Below, in pieces: positions 37,435-45,566 of a DNA stretch of 64,000 nt. The notes below the pieces were generated by a model. It saw only the letters and a program-made list of their open reading frames with translations. It had not been told where the DNA came from and searched no databases. Position 1 is the stretch's first letter. The number at the start of each line of letters is the position of its first letter. The stretch comes from Minisyncoccota bacterium (GTDB taxonomy: Bacteria; Patescibacteriota; Minisyncoccia; Phycocordibacterales; UBA2100). The stretch is taken from positions 67,011 through 131,010 of the forward strand of contig JARLIE010000040.1 of NCBI GenBank assembly GCA_031291875.1, read 5' to 3'. The position numbers were made by a program, and so were the translations under genes.

Positions 37435-38028
37435 TTACCAATCGACATGTTCAAGTCTTTTGTTGAGGTACCTCAGGCCGACGAAGAAGGTGATGATCAG
37501 TACGATGAACGAACCAATCTGAAACTGCTCAGGCACCAGCGAAAGCACGTTACCAAACGAGTAGCCTGCCCAAATAATTGCGGCGACCCACACGAAACTG
37601 CCGATCACATTGATGGCGAGGTAGCGAGAAAAGGGGACGCGCAGCATTCCGGCAGTCGTTAAAATCGGAACGGCGAGCCCGAATCCCATGGTGAGTTTCG
37701 ATATCACGAGGATGCGCAGGTGATATTTGTGAAAACGGCGCTCGAGCTTCGCGACCACTTCCGGCGTTGCATTAACGAAGTGACCCCATCGCATGACGAA
37801 TCGTCGCGCGCCAAGATACCCGACCCAGTACCACAAAATGTCGGAGAGAACGTCGCCGAGAATCAGCGCTACGTAGAGTGGCAAGAACTCGACTTGCCCG
37901 AGGCGCAGTAAGACGCCCCCCGTGAGCATGACGACCGTTCCTTCTATGAAAGATCCAAGGAAAAAAAGAGGGTATTTGGTCGCCTCCAAAAAGGCGATCA
38001 AGTTGGGGAGGAAAGGCACCATTTGCAT
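37435..38028 (-). CDS. DedA/TVP38-family membrane protein
   Basis: FFLGSFIEGTVVMLTGGVL...W.GY..G...R pattern of the SNARE-associated/DedA family. Confidence 0.75.
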   Translation of the reverse strand: MQMVPFLPNLIAFLEATKYPLFFLGSFIEGTVVMLTGGVLLRLGQVEFLPLYVALILGDVLSDILWYWVGYLGARRFVMRWGHFVNATPEVVAKLERRFHKYHLRILVISKLTMGFGLAVPILTTAGMLRVPFSRYLAINVIGSFVWVAAIIWAGYSFGNVLSLVPEQFQIGSFIVLIITFFVGLRYLNKRLEHVDW

Positions 38029-38049
38029 AATTATTGTAGTATACCTTGC

Positions 38050-38745
38050 ATGAGCACTGAGCTTCCGCTCTACTTTGAAAAATCGCCGAGACGGGCGCTT
38101 TGGACGCGATATCGCGGTTATTTTTCCCAGCGCGCTTTCAGATCAGAACTCTACACCTCGATGCTCTATTTTGCGGCGAGTGTCGTCGTTTCGTTCTACG
38201 CGATCAATTATGCCAACCAGGTCGCAAGCAATTACGTGACCGACATCGTGCTCTCGAATATTCCGGCATTCGATGTCGATGGGCTTTTCGGATACGGCAC
38301 CATCCTTCTCATCGCTTTCATCGCGCTGCTTTTGCTTTCGCACCCGCGTCGCATGCCGTTCTCACTCTACGCTATGGGGACATTCTTTTTGATTCGCTCT
38401 GTGTTTACCTCACTCACGCATCTCGGGCCGTTTCCAACATTGCCACCCAACGGTGATTGGGGGACGCTCATGTCGCATTTCCTCTTCGGCTCGGATTATT
38501 TCTTTTCGGGACACGTGGGCGTGTGTTTTCTGATGGCGCTCGTGTTTTGGGAAGATAAGATCTTGCGCTATGCGTTCCTTGCCTGGTCGCTCTACATGGC
38601 CCTCGTGGTACTTGCGGGGCATTATCACTACTCGATCGATGTCGCCTCGGCCTATTTCATCACTTACACGATCTTCTCGATGAGCGTATACTTCTTCCCG
38701 AAGGCACTCGCAATCTTCAGCACCGATCCGGTGCCGCTGCCCTAA
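38050..38745 (+). CDS. PAP2_C / sphingomyelin-synthase-like membrane phosphotransferase
   Basis: C2/C3 phosphatase motifs FSGHVGV and HYHYSIDVASAY embedded in 6 TM. Start at the ATG giving MSTELPLYFEK. Confidence 0.5.
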   Translation: MSTELPLYFEKSPRRALWTRYRGYFSQRAFRSELYTSMLYFAASVVVSFYAINYANQVASNYVTDIVLSNIPAFDVDGLFGYGTILLIAFIALLLLSHPRRMPFSLYAMGTFFLIRSVFTSLTHLGPFPTLPPNGDWGTLMSHFLFGSDYFFSGHVGVCFLMALVFWEDKILRYAFLAWSLYMALVVLAGHYHYSIDVASAYFITYTIFSMSVYFFPKALAIFSTDPVPLP

Positions 38746-38752
38746 CTAATCT

Positions 38753-39241
38753 ATGAATCCTACCTTCGGTAAACGTATCCACGAGTTTTTCGAGATCGGC
38801 GTGATCTTGAAGGGCTTGAATGCTGCGGCGGAGCTTCTCCTCGGCATCTTGTTCCTTTTCGTAAACGTTTCGGGAATCATCCAAAAAATGATCGGGGACG
38901 AGCTCATTGAAGATCCCGACAATTTTCTTGCTCGCCACCTCCACTCGCTTACCGCGCACTTCACGCCGCAAGCCGAGTATTACAGCGCCATTTATCTGAT
39001 TTCACACGGCATCATCAAGATATTCCTGGTATTCGGACTCTTGCGCGGCTATGTGTGGTCGTACCCGGCGTCGCTCGCCGTCCTTGTTCTCTTCGTCGTC
39101 TATCAATGTATGCAAATCTTGATGACCTTCTCCATCGGCATGATCGCGCTGACGGTTTTCGATCTCATCGTTATGTGGCTCATTTGGGAAGAGTGGACTC
39201 GTGTGACTGCAGGGAAGAAAGACAGCGTCGAAAAGGCATAG
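38753..39241 (+). CDS. DUF2127-like membrane protein
   Basis: 162 aa, 4 TM. Family assignment is from sequence gestalt and is weak. Confidence 0.4.
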   Translation: MNPTFGKRIHEFFEIGVILKGLNAAAELLLGILFLFVNVSGIIQKMIGDELIEDPDNFLARHLHSLTAHFTPQAEYYSAIYLISHGIIKIFLVFGLLRGYVWSYPASLAVLVLFVVYQCMQILMTFSIGMIALTVFDLIVMWLIWEEWTRVTAGKKDSVEKA

Positions 39242-39253
39242 GGCAATCGAGTG

Positions 39254-39362
39254 GCCGGAGAGGAAAGGAATACTTTTTACCGTCTGCGGGTGATACAAGC
39301 TTGATGCAAGGCTTTAACCGCGGCCATCCTCGCCGGAAAAAAGTATTCCCTTCCTCTCCGGC
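39254..39362. repeat. long inverted repeat: ~25-bp arms, one mismatch, 56-nt spacer
   Basis: GCCGGAGAGGAAAGGAATACTTTTT ... AAAAAGTATTCCCTTCCTCTCCGGC. Confidence 0.6.
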
Positions 39363-39387
39363 GCTACCCACATGCTATCCTTTTTGC

Positions 39388-39606
39388 ATGGATGAAGATC
39401 TCAACCGCCGACTCATGGCGATGGAGCAACAAATGACGCAGGTGTATGCGATGGCACAGCGACTTTACAAGCTTATCTACTGGACGATCATTGCTTCCAT
39501 CATCGTGACCGTCGTATTCGTCGTGGTACCGCTGGTTGCGCTCCTGTTTGAACTTCCAAGTTTTATCGGAACATACACAAGCCTCGGTTCAATCGGCGGG
39601 TTTTGA
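39388..39606 (+). CDS. small single-TM protein (72 aa)
   Basis: MDEDLNRRLMAMEQQMTQVYAMAQRLYKLIYWTIIASIIVTVVFVVVPLVALLF. Confidence 0.35.
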   Translation: MDEDLNRRLMAMEQQMTQVYAMAQRLYKLIYWTIIASIIVTVVFVVVPLVALLFELPSFIGTYTSLGSIGGF

Positions 39607-39626
39607 CGGGTGTATACTGAGTACAT

Positions 39627-40451
39627 ATGGAAGAACGATCTGTGCAAGAGATTATTACTGCCAGCCACTGGCCGCGTGTCATGGCTGCCACGGCGCTCGG
39701 AATGCTCGCGCTCTTTTTATTCGTACTTACCGTGAGCGCGGTTAAGAGCTATCACTATATCGGTGTTGGCATCTCGCCGAGCAATACCATTCAGGTAACC
39801 GGAGAGGGAACGGTCTATGCGATTCCCGACACTGCGACGTTTACAGTAACCGTACAGAACACGGCCGCCGATGTCCAAACGGCTCAAACAAAGTCGACTA
39901 CTCAGGCCAATACGATTCTCGCGTACCTCAAGGCTCAGGGCATCGCGGATACGGATATTCAAACGACCGACTACGAGATTCAGCCGCAATACTCTTACAG
40001 CGACGCGGCTTGTCCCGCTGCGGTTGGCACGACGGTCGTCTACTGTCCGCCGGGCAAGCAGACGCTGACCGGGTACCAAGTGAGTCAAACGCTCACGGTG
40101 AAGGTGCACGACACCTCGAAAGCCGGAGCCATTCTCGCGGGCGTCGGGTCAAATGGCGCATCTTCGGTGAGTTCGCTTTCCTTCACTGCCTCAAACCAGG
40201 ACGATCTTCAGGCACAGGCTCGAGACAAGGCGATCGCTGCAGCGCAGGCTAAGGCGAATGATCTCGCGAAAGCGCTTGGCGTACACCTCGTCGGTGTCGT
40301 TAGCTTTAACGAAAATAACGGTGGAACGGTCTACCCGATGGCTTACGCAACTGCAGACGGTGCGGCAATGAAATCGCAGGTTGCTCCGAATATTCCGACC
40401 GGCCAGAACAAGATTACGGACGACGTGACGGTGACGTACGAAATCCAGTAA
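39627..40451 (+). CDS. SIMPL-domain (DUF541) secreted/periplasmic protein
   Basis: N-terminal TM, then the beta-rich SIMPL pattern ...GTVYAIPDTATFTVTVQ...DIQTTDYEIQPQY.... Confidence 0.7.
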   Translation: MEERSVQEIITASHWPRVMAATALGMLALFLFVLTVSAVKSYHYIGVGISPSNTIQVTGEGTVYAIPDTATFTVTVQNTAADVQTAQTKSTTQANTILAYLKAQGIADTDIQTTDYEIQPQYSYSDAACPAAVGTTVVYCPPGKQTLTGYQVSQTLTVKVHDTSKAGAILAGVGSNGASSVSSLSFTASNQDDLQAQARDKAIAAAQAKANDLAKALGVHLVGVVSFNENNGGTVYPMAYATADGAAMKSQVAPNIPTGQNKITDDVTVTYEIQ

Positions 40452-40533
40452 GAAACTAAGAAACGAGCAAGCGGCAGGACACTGAGTGCTGCCGCTTGAC
40501 TCCCCCTCGGCAGAGGACTATGATACTGAAATA

Positions 40534-40552
40534 ACCCCCGCAGGGGGTTTTA
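40534..40552 (+). terminator. rho-independent terminator (plus an upstream 10-bp hairpin at 40467-40497)
   Basis: CCCCCG-ca-GGGGG followed by TTTT. Preceded by CAAGCGGCAG-gacactgagtg-CTGCCGCTTG. Confidence 0.5.
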
Positions 40553-40569
40553 AAATGCAAAAATAACGT

Positions 40570-40881
40570 ATGGCAAACCCCTTTACCCAATACCTCAAAG
40601 ATACGCGAAACGAGCTCAACCACGTCGCCTGGCCGACCCAGCGCCAGACGATCGTTTTCACGGCGCTCGTCGTTGTGATTTCGCTCGGCATTGCCGCGTA
40701 CGTCGGTCTTCTCGACTACGGACTTCGCATTACGCTTCTCGATATCGTTACTTCGAGCGGCAATCCGAACGCTTCCAACGCGGTTCAGGTAACCCAACAG
40801 CCGACCGTTTCAACCTCTACGGCGACCGGCGCCAACCCCACCTTCAACCTCAACGGTGGTTCGACTAACTCGACCAAATAA
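40570..40881 (+). CDS. secE: preprotein translocase subunit SecE with Ser/Thr-rich C-terminal extension
   Basis: SecE-type single TM (TQRQTIVFTALVVVISLGIAAYVGLLDYGL) directly before nusG. ~40-aa S/T/N-rich tail. Confidence 0.8.
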   Translation: MANPFTQYLKDTRNELNHVAWPTQRQTIVFTALVVVISLGIAAYVGLLDYGLRITLLDIVTSSGNPNASNAVQVTQQPTVSTSTATGANPTFNLNGGSTNSTK

Positions 40882-40886
40882 TTCGT

Positions 40887-41432
40887 ATGGCTAAACAAAC
40901 ACACGGAACAGAACGCCAGTGGTACGCGGTCCACACGTACTCGGGCTACGAAGACGCAGTTGCTCGCAACTTGAAACAGCGCGTCGAGTCTTTTGGCATG
41001 AGCGGCCTCATCTTCAATGTCGTGGTCCCGACCGAAAAGAAGATCAAGATTAAGAACGGCCGTAAGACGGAAGCTAAGGAGAAAATTTTCCCGGGCTACC
41101 TGCTGGTCGACATGATCGCGACCGATGAGGCGTGGTCGGTCGTTCGTAACACGCCGCAGGTCACCGGTTTCGTCGGCACCGCCAACCAGGCCGTTCCGCT
41201 TTCAGTCGAAGAGGTCGACAAGATCCTGAGGCGCTCGACGGGCGAGCAGGTCCGTCACGCGATTGATCTTGCGCCGGGCGACGCTGTCTCAATCATCGAC
41301 GGTCCGTTCAAAGATTTGGAAGGAAAAGTCGGCGAGATTGACGAAGAGCGAGGAAAAGTTAAAGTGTTGGTTCCTATGTTCGGTCGCGAGACTCCCGTGG
41401 AGCTCGAAGCCGATCAGGTACAGCGACTCTAA
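40887..41432 (+). CDS. nusG: transcription termination/antitermination factor NusG
   Basis: WYAVHTYSGYE...KIFPGYLLVDM...FKDLEGKV (NGN + KOW). Confidence 0.9.
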   Translation: MAKQTHGTERQWYAVHTYSGYEDAVARNLKQRVESFGMSGLIFNVVVPTEKKIKIKNGRKTEAKEKIFPGYLLVDMIATDEAWSVVRNTPQVTGFVGTANQAVPLSVEEVDKILRRSTGEQVRHAIDLAPGDAVSIIDGPFKDLEGKVGEIDEERGKVKVLVPMFGRETPVELEADQVQRL

Positions 41433-41444
41433 ATCAGAAATTCT

Positions 41445-41867
41445 ATGGCAAAAGAAGTAACCAAAATCATCAAATTGCAGATCGAAGCGGGGAAGGCTAC
41501 GCCTGCGCCGCCGGTTGGTACGGCCCTCGGGCCCGCCGGCGTCAACATCGGCGAGTTCGTGAACCAGTTCAACAACCAGACTCGCGAGCTTATGGGCAAT
41601 ATCGTCCCGGTGTTGCTTACGGTCTACAAAGACCGTTCCTTCACCTTCATCGTGAAGAAGCCGCCGGCCTCGCGTCTTATCCTCAAGAAACTTGGCATGG
41701 AGAAGGGTTCTCCGAAGCCGCAAAACAAGGTGGGCAAGCTCACCAAGCAGCAGCTTGAAGAAATCGCGCAAGAGAAGATGGAAGACCTGAACGCGCCTGA
41801 TCTCGAGCAAGCCAAGAAGGTCATCGCGGGCACCGCTCGCTCGATGGGGATTGACTCTGAGATATAA
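41445..41867 (+). CDS. rplK: 50S ribosomal protein L11
   Basis: [43 protein letters not shown].... Confidence 0.9.
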   Translation: MAKEVTKIIKLQIEAGKATPAPPVGTALGPAGVNIGEFVNQFNNQTRELMGNIVPVLLTVYKDRSFTFIVKKPPASRLILKKLGMEKGSPKPQNKVGKLTKQQLEEIAQEKMEDLNAPDLEQAKKVIAGTARSMGIDSEI

Positions 41868-41893
41868 ATGTAGTATTTAATACGACAGCTTAG

Positions 41894-41918
41894 TTCCTCG
41901 GTAACACGAGGAATTTTG
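41894..41918 (+). terminator. rho-independent terminator directly after rplK
   Basis: TTCCTCG-gtaacac-CGAGGAA followed by TTTTG. Confidence 0.6.
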
Positions 41919-41944
41919 CTATCTGGTTCTCTAGGAGAGATAGC

Positions 41945-42493
41945 ATGATCTTTGAAGTAAAACTGCGACGCAAGCTCCGGGCTTGGCTCGGTACGAGGCC
42001 TGTAATCTCAACGACTTCACAGGCAGCAGTCAGGCAATTTCCCTGGCTTATAGACCTCGTTCCGCTACGAAGCCGCATCGAATGCGAAGAGCACATGGTG
42101 CAGTATCTGGATGATCCGTTGATCAAGAAGATCACGCAGGTGAACCAGCCGTGTGTTGATCGGCACATTCAGTGCGCATACCTGGTGACGGCGACGGGAA
42201 AAGTTGCCGGCGACGTGAGAGCTCGTCTGCGTCCCGATCGAAGCTACCACTTCCCGCTAACCTGGAGCGATATCTTCGGCGCCGTCATCGAGACGCCGGA
42301 GGTGGTCCAGTACGTCGTTGCCGTCGACACTTCGAAAAGCTTTACTCGTCTGCATGTCTTCATCATGCCGGAGAACGTGAAGCCCCGTGAGTTGGCACGA
42401 AAGTGTCTGCGGGTGACGATAGCCGACGCGTGGACCTCCGATACGAGAGCTGTCGTATCGACCCGGCTTCGCTCTCAAGCGAGTCGAATCTAA
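41945..42493 (+). CDS. hypothetical protein occupying the position where rplA is normally found
   Basis: 182-aa ORF with a good AGGAG Shine-Dalgarno 8 nt upstream (rare in this window). Bounded by terminators at 41894-41918 and 42505-42545. No recognisable domain. Confidence 0.45.
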   Translation: MIFEVKLRRKLRAWLGTRPVISTTSQAAVRQFPWLIDLVPLRSRIECEEHMVQYLDDPLIKKITQVNQPCVDRHIQCAYLVTATGKVAGDVRARLRPDRSYHFPLTWSDIFGAVIETPEVVQYVVAVDTSKSFTRLHVFIMPENVKPRELARKCLRVTIADAWTSDTRAVVSTRLRSQASRI

Positions 42494-42561
42494 GGCGCCT
42501 TGCGCGTGACCTGTCCCCGAATCGCTCTAGCGATTCGGGGACTTTTTTGCATAATCAGCAT

Positions 42562-43200
42562 ATGAAAAACAAATTCGTTGCCTTCGAGGGCATCGACGGC
42601 GCGGGAAAAGGGACGCAAATTGCCATGCTGGCGAAGCGACTAAAGAAGGAAGGTGTGCGCTTCACGCTCGTTAGCGCTCCGCGCTATTCGTCACCGACGG
42701 GTCAGCTGGTACGCCGAGCGCTCTTTGGAGAGTTTGGCAATTTTGTCGGCCTGAACGGGTATCTTTCGGCAATGCCGTACTTGTTGGACTTCGTCGCAGC
42801 GCAACCGAAACTTGAAGCGGCGCTCAAACAGGGAACAGTGCTGTCCGACCGATACATCTTCTCGACGCTCGCGTTCCAGGGCGCGAAAGTTCCTTCCAGA
42901 AATCGAGCGGAATTCCTGAAACTTATTGAAAACCTGCTTTATAAGGAGTTTCATCTTCCGAAACCGGACAGGGTCATCTATTTCGATGTGCCGGTCGAAC
43001 AAGCGCAGAAAAACATTCGTTCAAAACGAAAAGATCAGCATGAGAAAGACGTCGCCTACCAAAAACGTGTCGCAAATCTTTATCATGAGTTAGCGAAGCG
43101 CAAAGAATGGCGTGTCGTTCCATGCACCAAGGGCGCCGCTATGCGTTCGCCGGAAGAGATTCACGAATTAGTGTGGAAAGCCTTGCCTCCGATGAGATAG
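42562..43200 (+). CDS. tmk: thymidylate kinase
   Basis: P-loop FEGIDGAGKGTQIAMLAKRL, DRY motif (SDRYIFSTLAFQG). Confidence 0.85.
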   Translation: MKNKFVAFEGIDGAGKGTQIAMLAKRLKKEGVRFTLVSAPRYSSPTGQLVRRALFGEFGNFVGLNGYLSAMPYLLDFVAAQPKLEAALKQGTVLSDRYIFSTLAFQGAKVPSRNRAEFLKLIENLLYKEFHLPKPDRVIYFDVPVEQAQKNIRSKRKDQHEKDVAYQKRVANLYHELAKRKEWRVVPCTKGAAMRSPEEIHELVWKALPPMR

Positions 43201-43238
43201 GGCGAGACGACCGCATTCTGACGGGGTACAATAGCTCC

Positions 43239-44888
43239 GTGGAAGCGAAAAAGACCATACAACAAGCCCTATCCGAGGCGCTGCGACAATGCGGCGTCGC
43301 TTTGGAGTCCAAAGACGTTCCGCTTGAATTTCCGGCGGAGCTCTCTCATGGCGATTACGCTTCCGGCGTTGCTTTGCGATATGCCAAGCAGGCGGGAGTG
43401 AATTCTAGCGAACTCGCACAAAAGATCGTCGATGTAATAGGGAAGGTATCGGGTGTTTCAAAAATAGATATCGCAGGGCCGGGATTCGTCAATTTTCATC
43501 TCGCCCCGGCGACGCTCACTCGGTCGCTCGAGAGCGCATCCAGGGTAGATGGCTGGGGCGTCAATTCTGAGCTCGGCGGACAGAAAATACTGATCGAGTA
43601 CACCGACCCCAATCCGTTCAAGGAATTTCACATAGGGCATCTCATGGCTAACGCGATCGGCGAGTCGATTTCGCGTCTCGTCCAATGCTCTGGAGCTCAA
43701 ACGAAACGCGCCAACTACCAGGGCGACGTCGGGCCCCACGTTGCCAAAGCGCTTTGGGGAAAGATGCAAAAACCGGAGCTTTCATGGGGGCAAGCCTACG
43801 CCTTCGGCTCGAAAGAATACGAGGCGCACAAAGAAGAGATTGATGCCATCAACGCGCGAGTGTATGCGCGAGACGACGAGCGGATAAACGAGTTGTATGA
43901 CGCAGGCCGCAAAGAATCGCTCGCGCACTTCGAAGAGCTCTACAAGATCCTCGGCACAAAATTCGATTACTACTTCTTTGAAAGCGAGACGGCGTTTCGC
44001 GGTCTCGGGCTCGTCGGCGCGCATTCGGATGTCTTTGAAAAAAGCGACGGAGCGGTCGTCTACAAGGGCGAGCAGGACGGGCTGCACACTCGCGTATTCA
44101 TCACGTCAAAAGGCTTGCCGACGTACGAGACCAAGGAGCTCGGACTCGCACAGCTCAAAGACGAGACCTGGAATTCGGATATTTCGATCACTATCACGGC
44201 GCAAGAGCAGGCCGACTATTTTTCGGTCGTTCTCGCGGTGATGCGGCGAATCATGCCCGAAAGCGCCGCCAAGATACGGCATATTTCGCACGGCATGATG
44301 CGACTCCCGAGCGGCAAAATGTCCTCCCGCACCGGCGACGTGATCACCGGCGAGTCTCTCTTGAATGACCTTATCGAGCAGGCGAAAGTTCGTGCTGCGG
44401 AAAGCCGCGCCGACGATCATGAGAAGCTCGCACAGGAGGTTGCTGTCGCGGCCATCAAGTATCAAATTTTGAAACAAGCCTCCGGCAAGGACATTGTGTT
44501 TGATCGAGAACGAGCGCTTTCGCTCGAAGGCGATTCCGGGCCGTATTTGCAATACGCGCACGCTCGCACGCGAGCAATTTTGGAAAAGGCGAAGGAGCAG
44601 GGGGTCACCCCTGATATCGGCGAATATCAAGATGCTGCCTTGGGGTTGGCGCGAATGCTCCATCGTTTTCCGGAGGTGGTGGAGCGTGCGGCATCTCTGT
44701 ACGAACCGCATCTGGTTACCAACTACTTGCTCCAGATCGCGAGCGAATTCAACAGCTGGTACGCGCAAGAGCAAATTCTCGATGGTACCCCGAATGCGGG
44801 ACATAAAGTCGCGCTCACTGCTGCTGTGGCGCAAACGCTCAAGAACGGTTTGTGGATTCTCGGCATTCCGGCGCCCGAAAAGATGTAG
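43239..44888 (+). CDS. argS: arginyl-tRNA synthetase
   Basis: HIGH region FKEFHIGHLMANAIGESI. N-terminal add-1 domain aligns from KKTIQQALSEALRQ. GTG start at 43239 proposed because the ORF-track start 43107 overlaps tmk by 94 nt. Confidence 0.85.
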   Translation: MEAKKTIQQALSEALRQCGVALESKDVPLEFPAELSHGDYASGVALRYAKQAGVNSSELAQKIVDVIGKVSGVSKIDIAGPGFVNFHLAPATLTRSLESASRVDGWGVNSELGGQKILIEYTDPNPFKEFHIGHLMANAIGESISRLVQCSGAQTKRANYQGDVGPHVAKALWGKMQKPELSWGQAYAFGSKEYEAHKEEIDAINARVYARDDERINELYDAGRKESLAHFEELYKILGTKFDYYFFESETAFRGLGLVGAHSDVFEKSDGAVVYKGEQDGLHTRVFITSKGLPTYETKELGLAQLKDETWNSDISITITAQEQADYFSVVLAVMRRIMPESAAKIRHISHGMMRLPSGKMSSRTGDVITGESLLNDLIEQAKVRAAESRADDHEKLAQEVAVAAIKYQILKQASGKDIVFDRERALSLEGDSGPYLQYAHARTRAILEKAKEQGVTPDIGEYQDAALGLARMLHRFPEVVERAASLYEPHLVTNYLLQIASEFNSWYAQEQILDGTPNAGHKVALTAAVAQTLKNGLWILGIPAPEKM

Positions 44889-44929
44889 ATTTCGGGCCTT
44901 CAAATCGATCGAATTGGTACAATAGCGCG

Positions 44930-45478
44930 ATGATCGATTACACGATTCGCGAAAACCGGCGCGCGCGGCGCATCAACGTCACCGTACGACGCGACGGATC
45001 GGTGCTCGTCACAAAACCCCGGCGCGCTTCTATGCGCGATGTTGAGACGTTCATACGGCAGTGCGAACAGTGGATTTTGCGTACGCAGGAGAAGTTTTCA
45101 AAATTTCGGAGAACAACGCGGGTCGAACCCTCGAAGCAGCAGTACGAAAAATATAAACAGACCGCGCTATGCCTCGCACGTCAGCGTATTGCGTACTTCA
45201 ATACATTCTATCGATTTCCGTTCTCCAGTATCACCATTCGCAACCAGAAGAGTCGATGGGGAAGCTGCTCGCCCAAAGGCGTTCTTTCGTTCAATTACCG
45301 CATTCTCTTTTTGCCGCCGCATTTGGCCGACTATCTCGTTGTGCATGAGCTTTGCCATTTACAGGAAATGAATCACTCGAGCCGTTTTTGGGAGCTGGTC
45401 GCGCGGTCGATTCCCGATTACCTCGAACGACCCAAGGAATTACGTTCAATGGAGCGTGGCCTTTTGATAGATTCGTGA
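44930..45478 (+). CDS. YgjP-like (DUF45) zinc metalloprotease-fold protein
   Basis: HExxH in VVHELCHLQEMNHS. Overall YgjP/WLM-like architecture. Confidence 0.7.
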   Translation: MIDYTIRENRRARRINVTVRRDGSVLVTKPRRASMRDVETFIRQCEQWILRTQEKFSKFRRTTRVEPSKQQYEKYKQTALCLARQRIAYFNTFYRFPFSSITIRNQKSRWGSCSPKGVLSFNYRILFLPPHLADYLVVHELCHLQEMNHSSRFWELVARSIPDYLERPKELRSMERGLLIDS

Positions 45479-45566
45479 GATACTGTGCAGCGACTCCCGC
45501 GCAAGCGAATTACTCCTAAGTACGTTTTTTGATAGACCGCGCCTCTACGGCGGGTACACTGCATGT

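Noticed and set aside
43107-43238. ORF-track start of argS at 43107.
   Set aside because: It would overlap tmk by 94 nt in another frame. The ArgS N-terminal domain alignment begins around the GTG at 43239.
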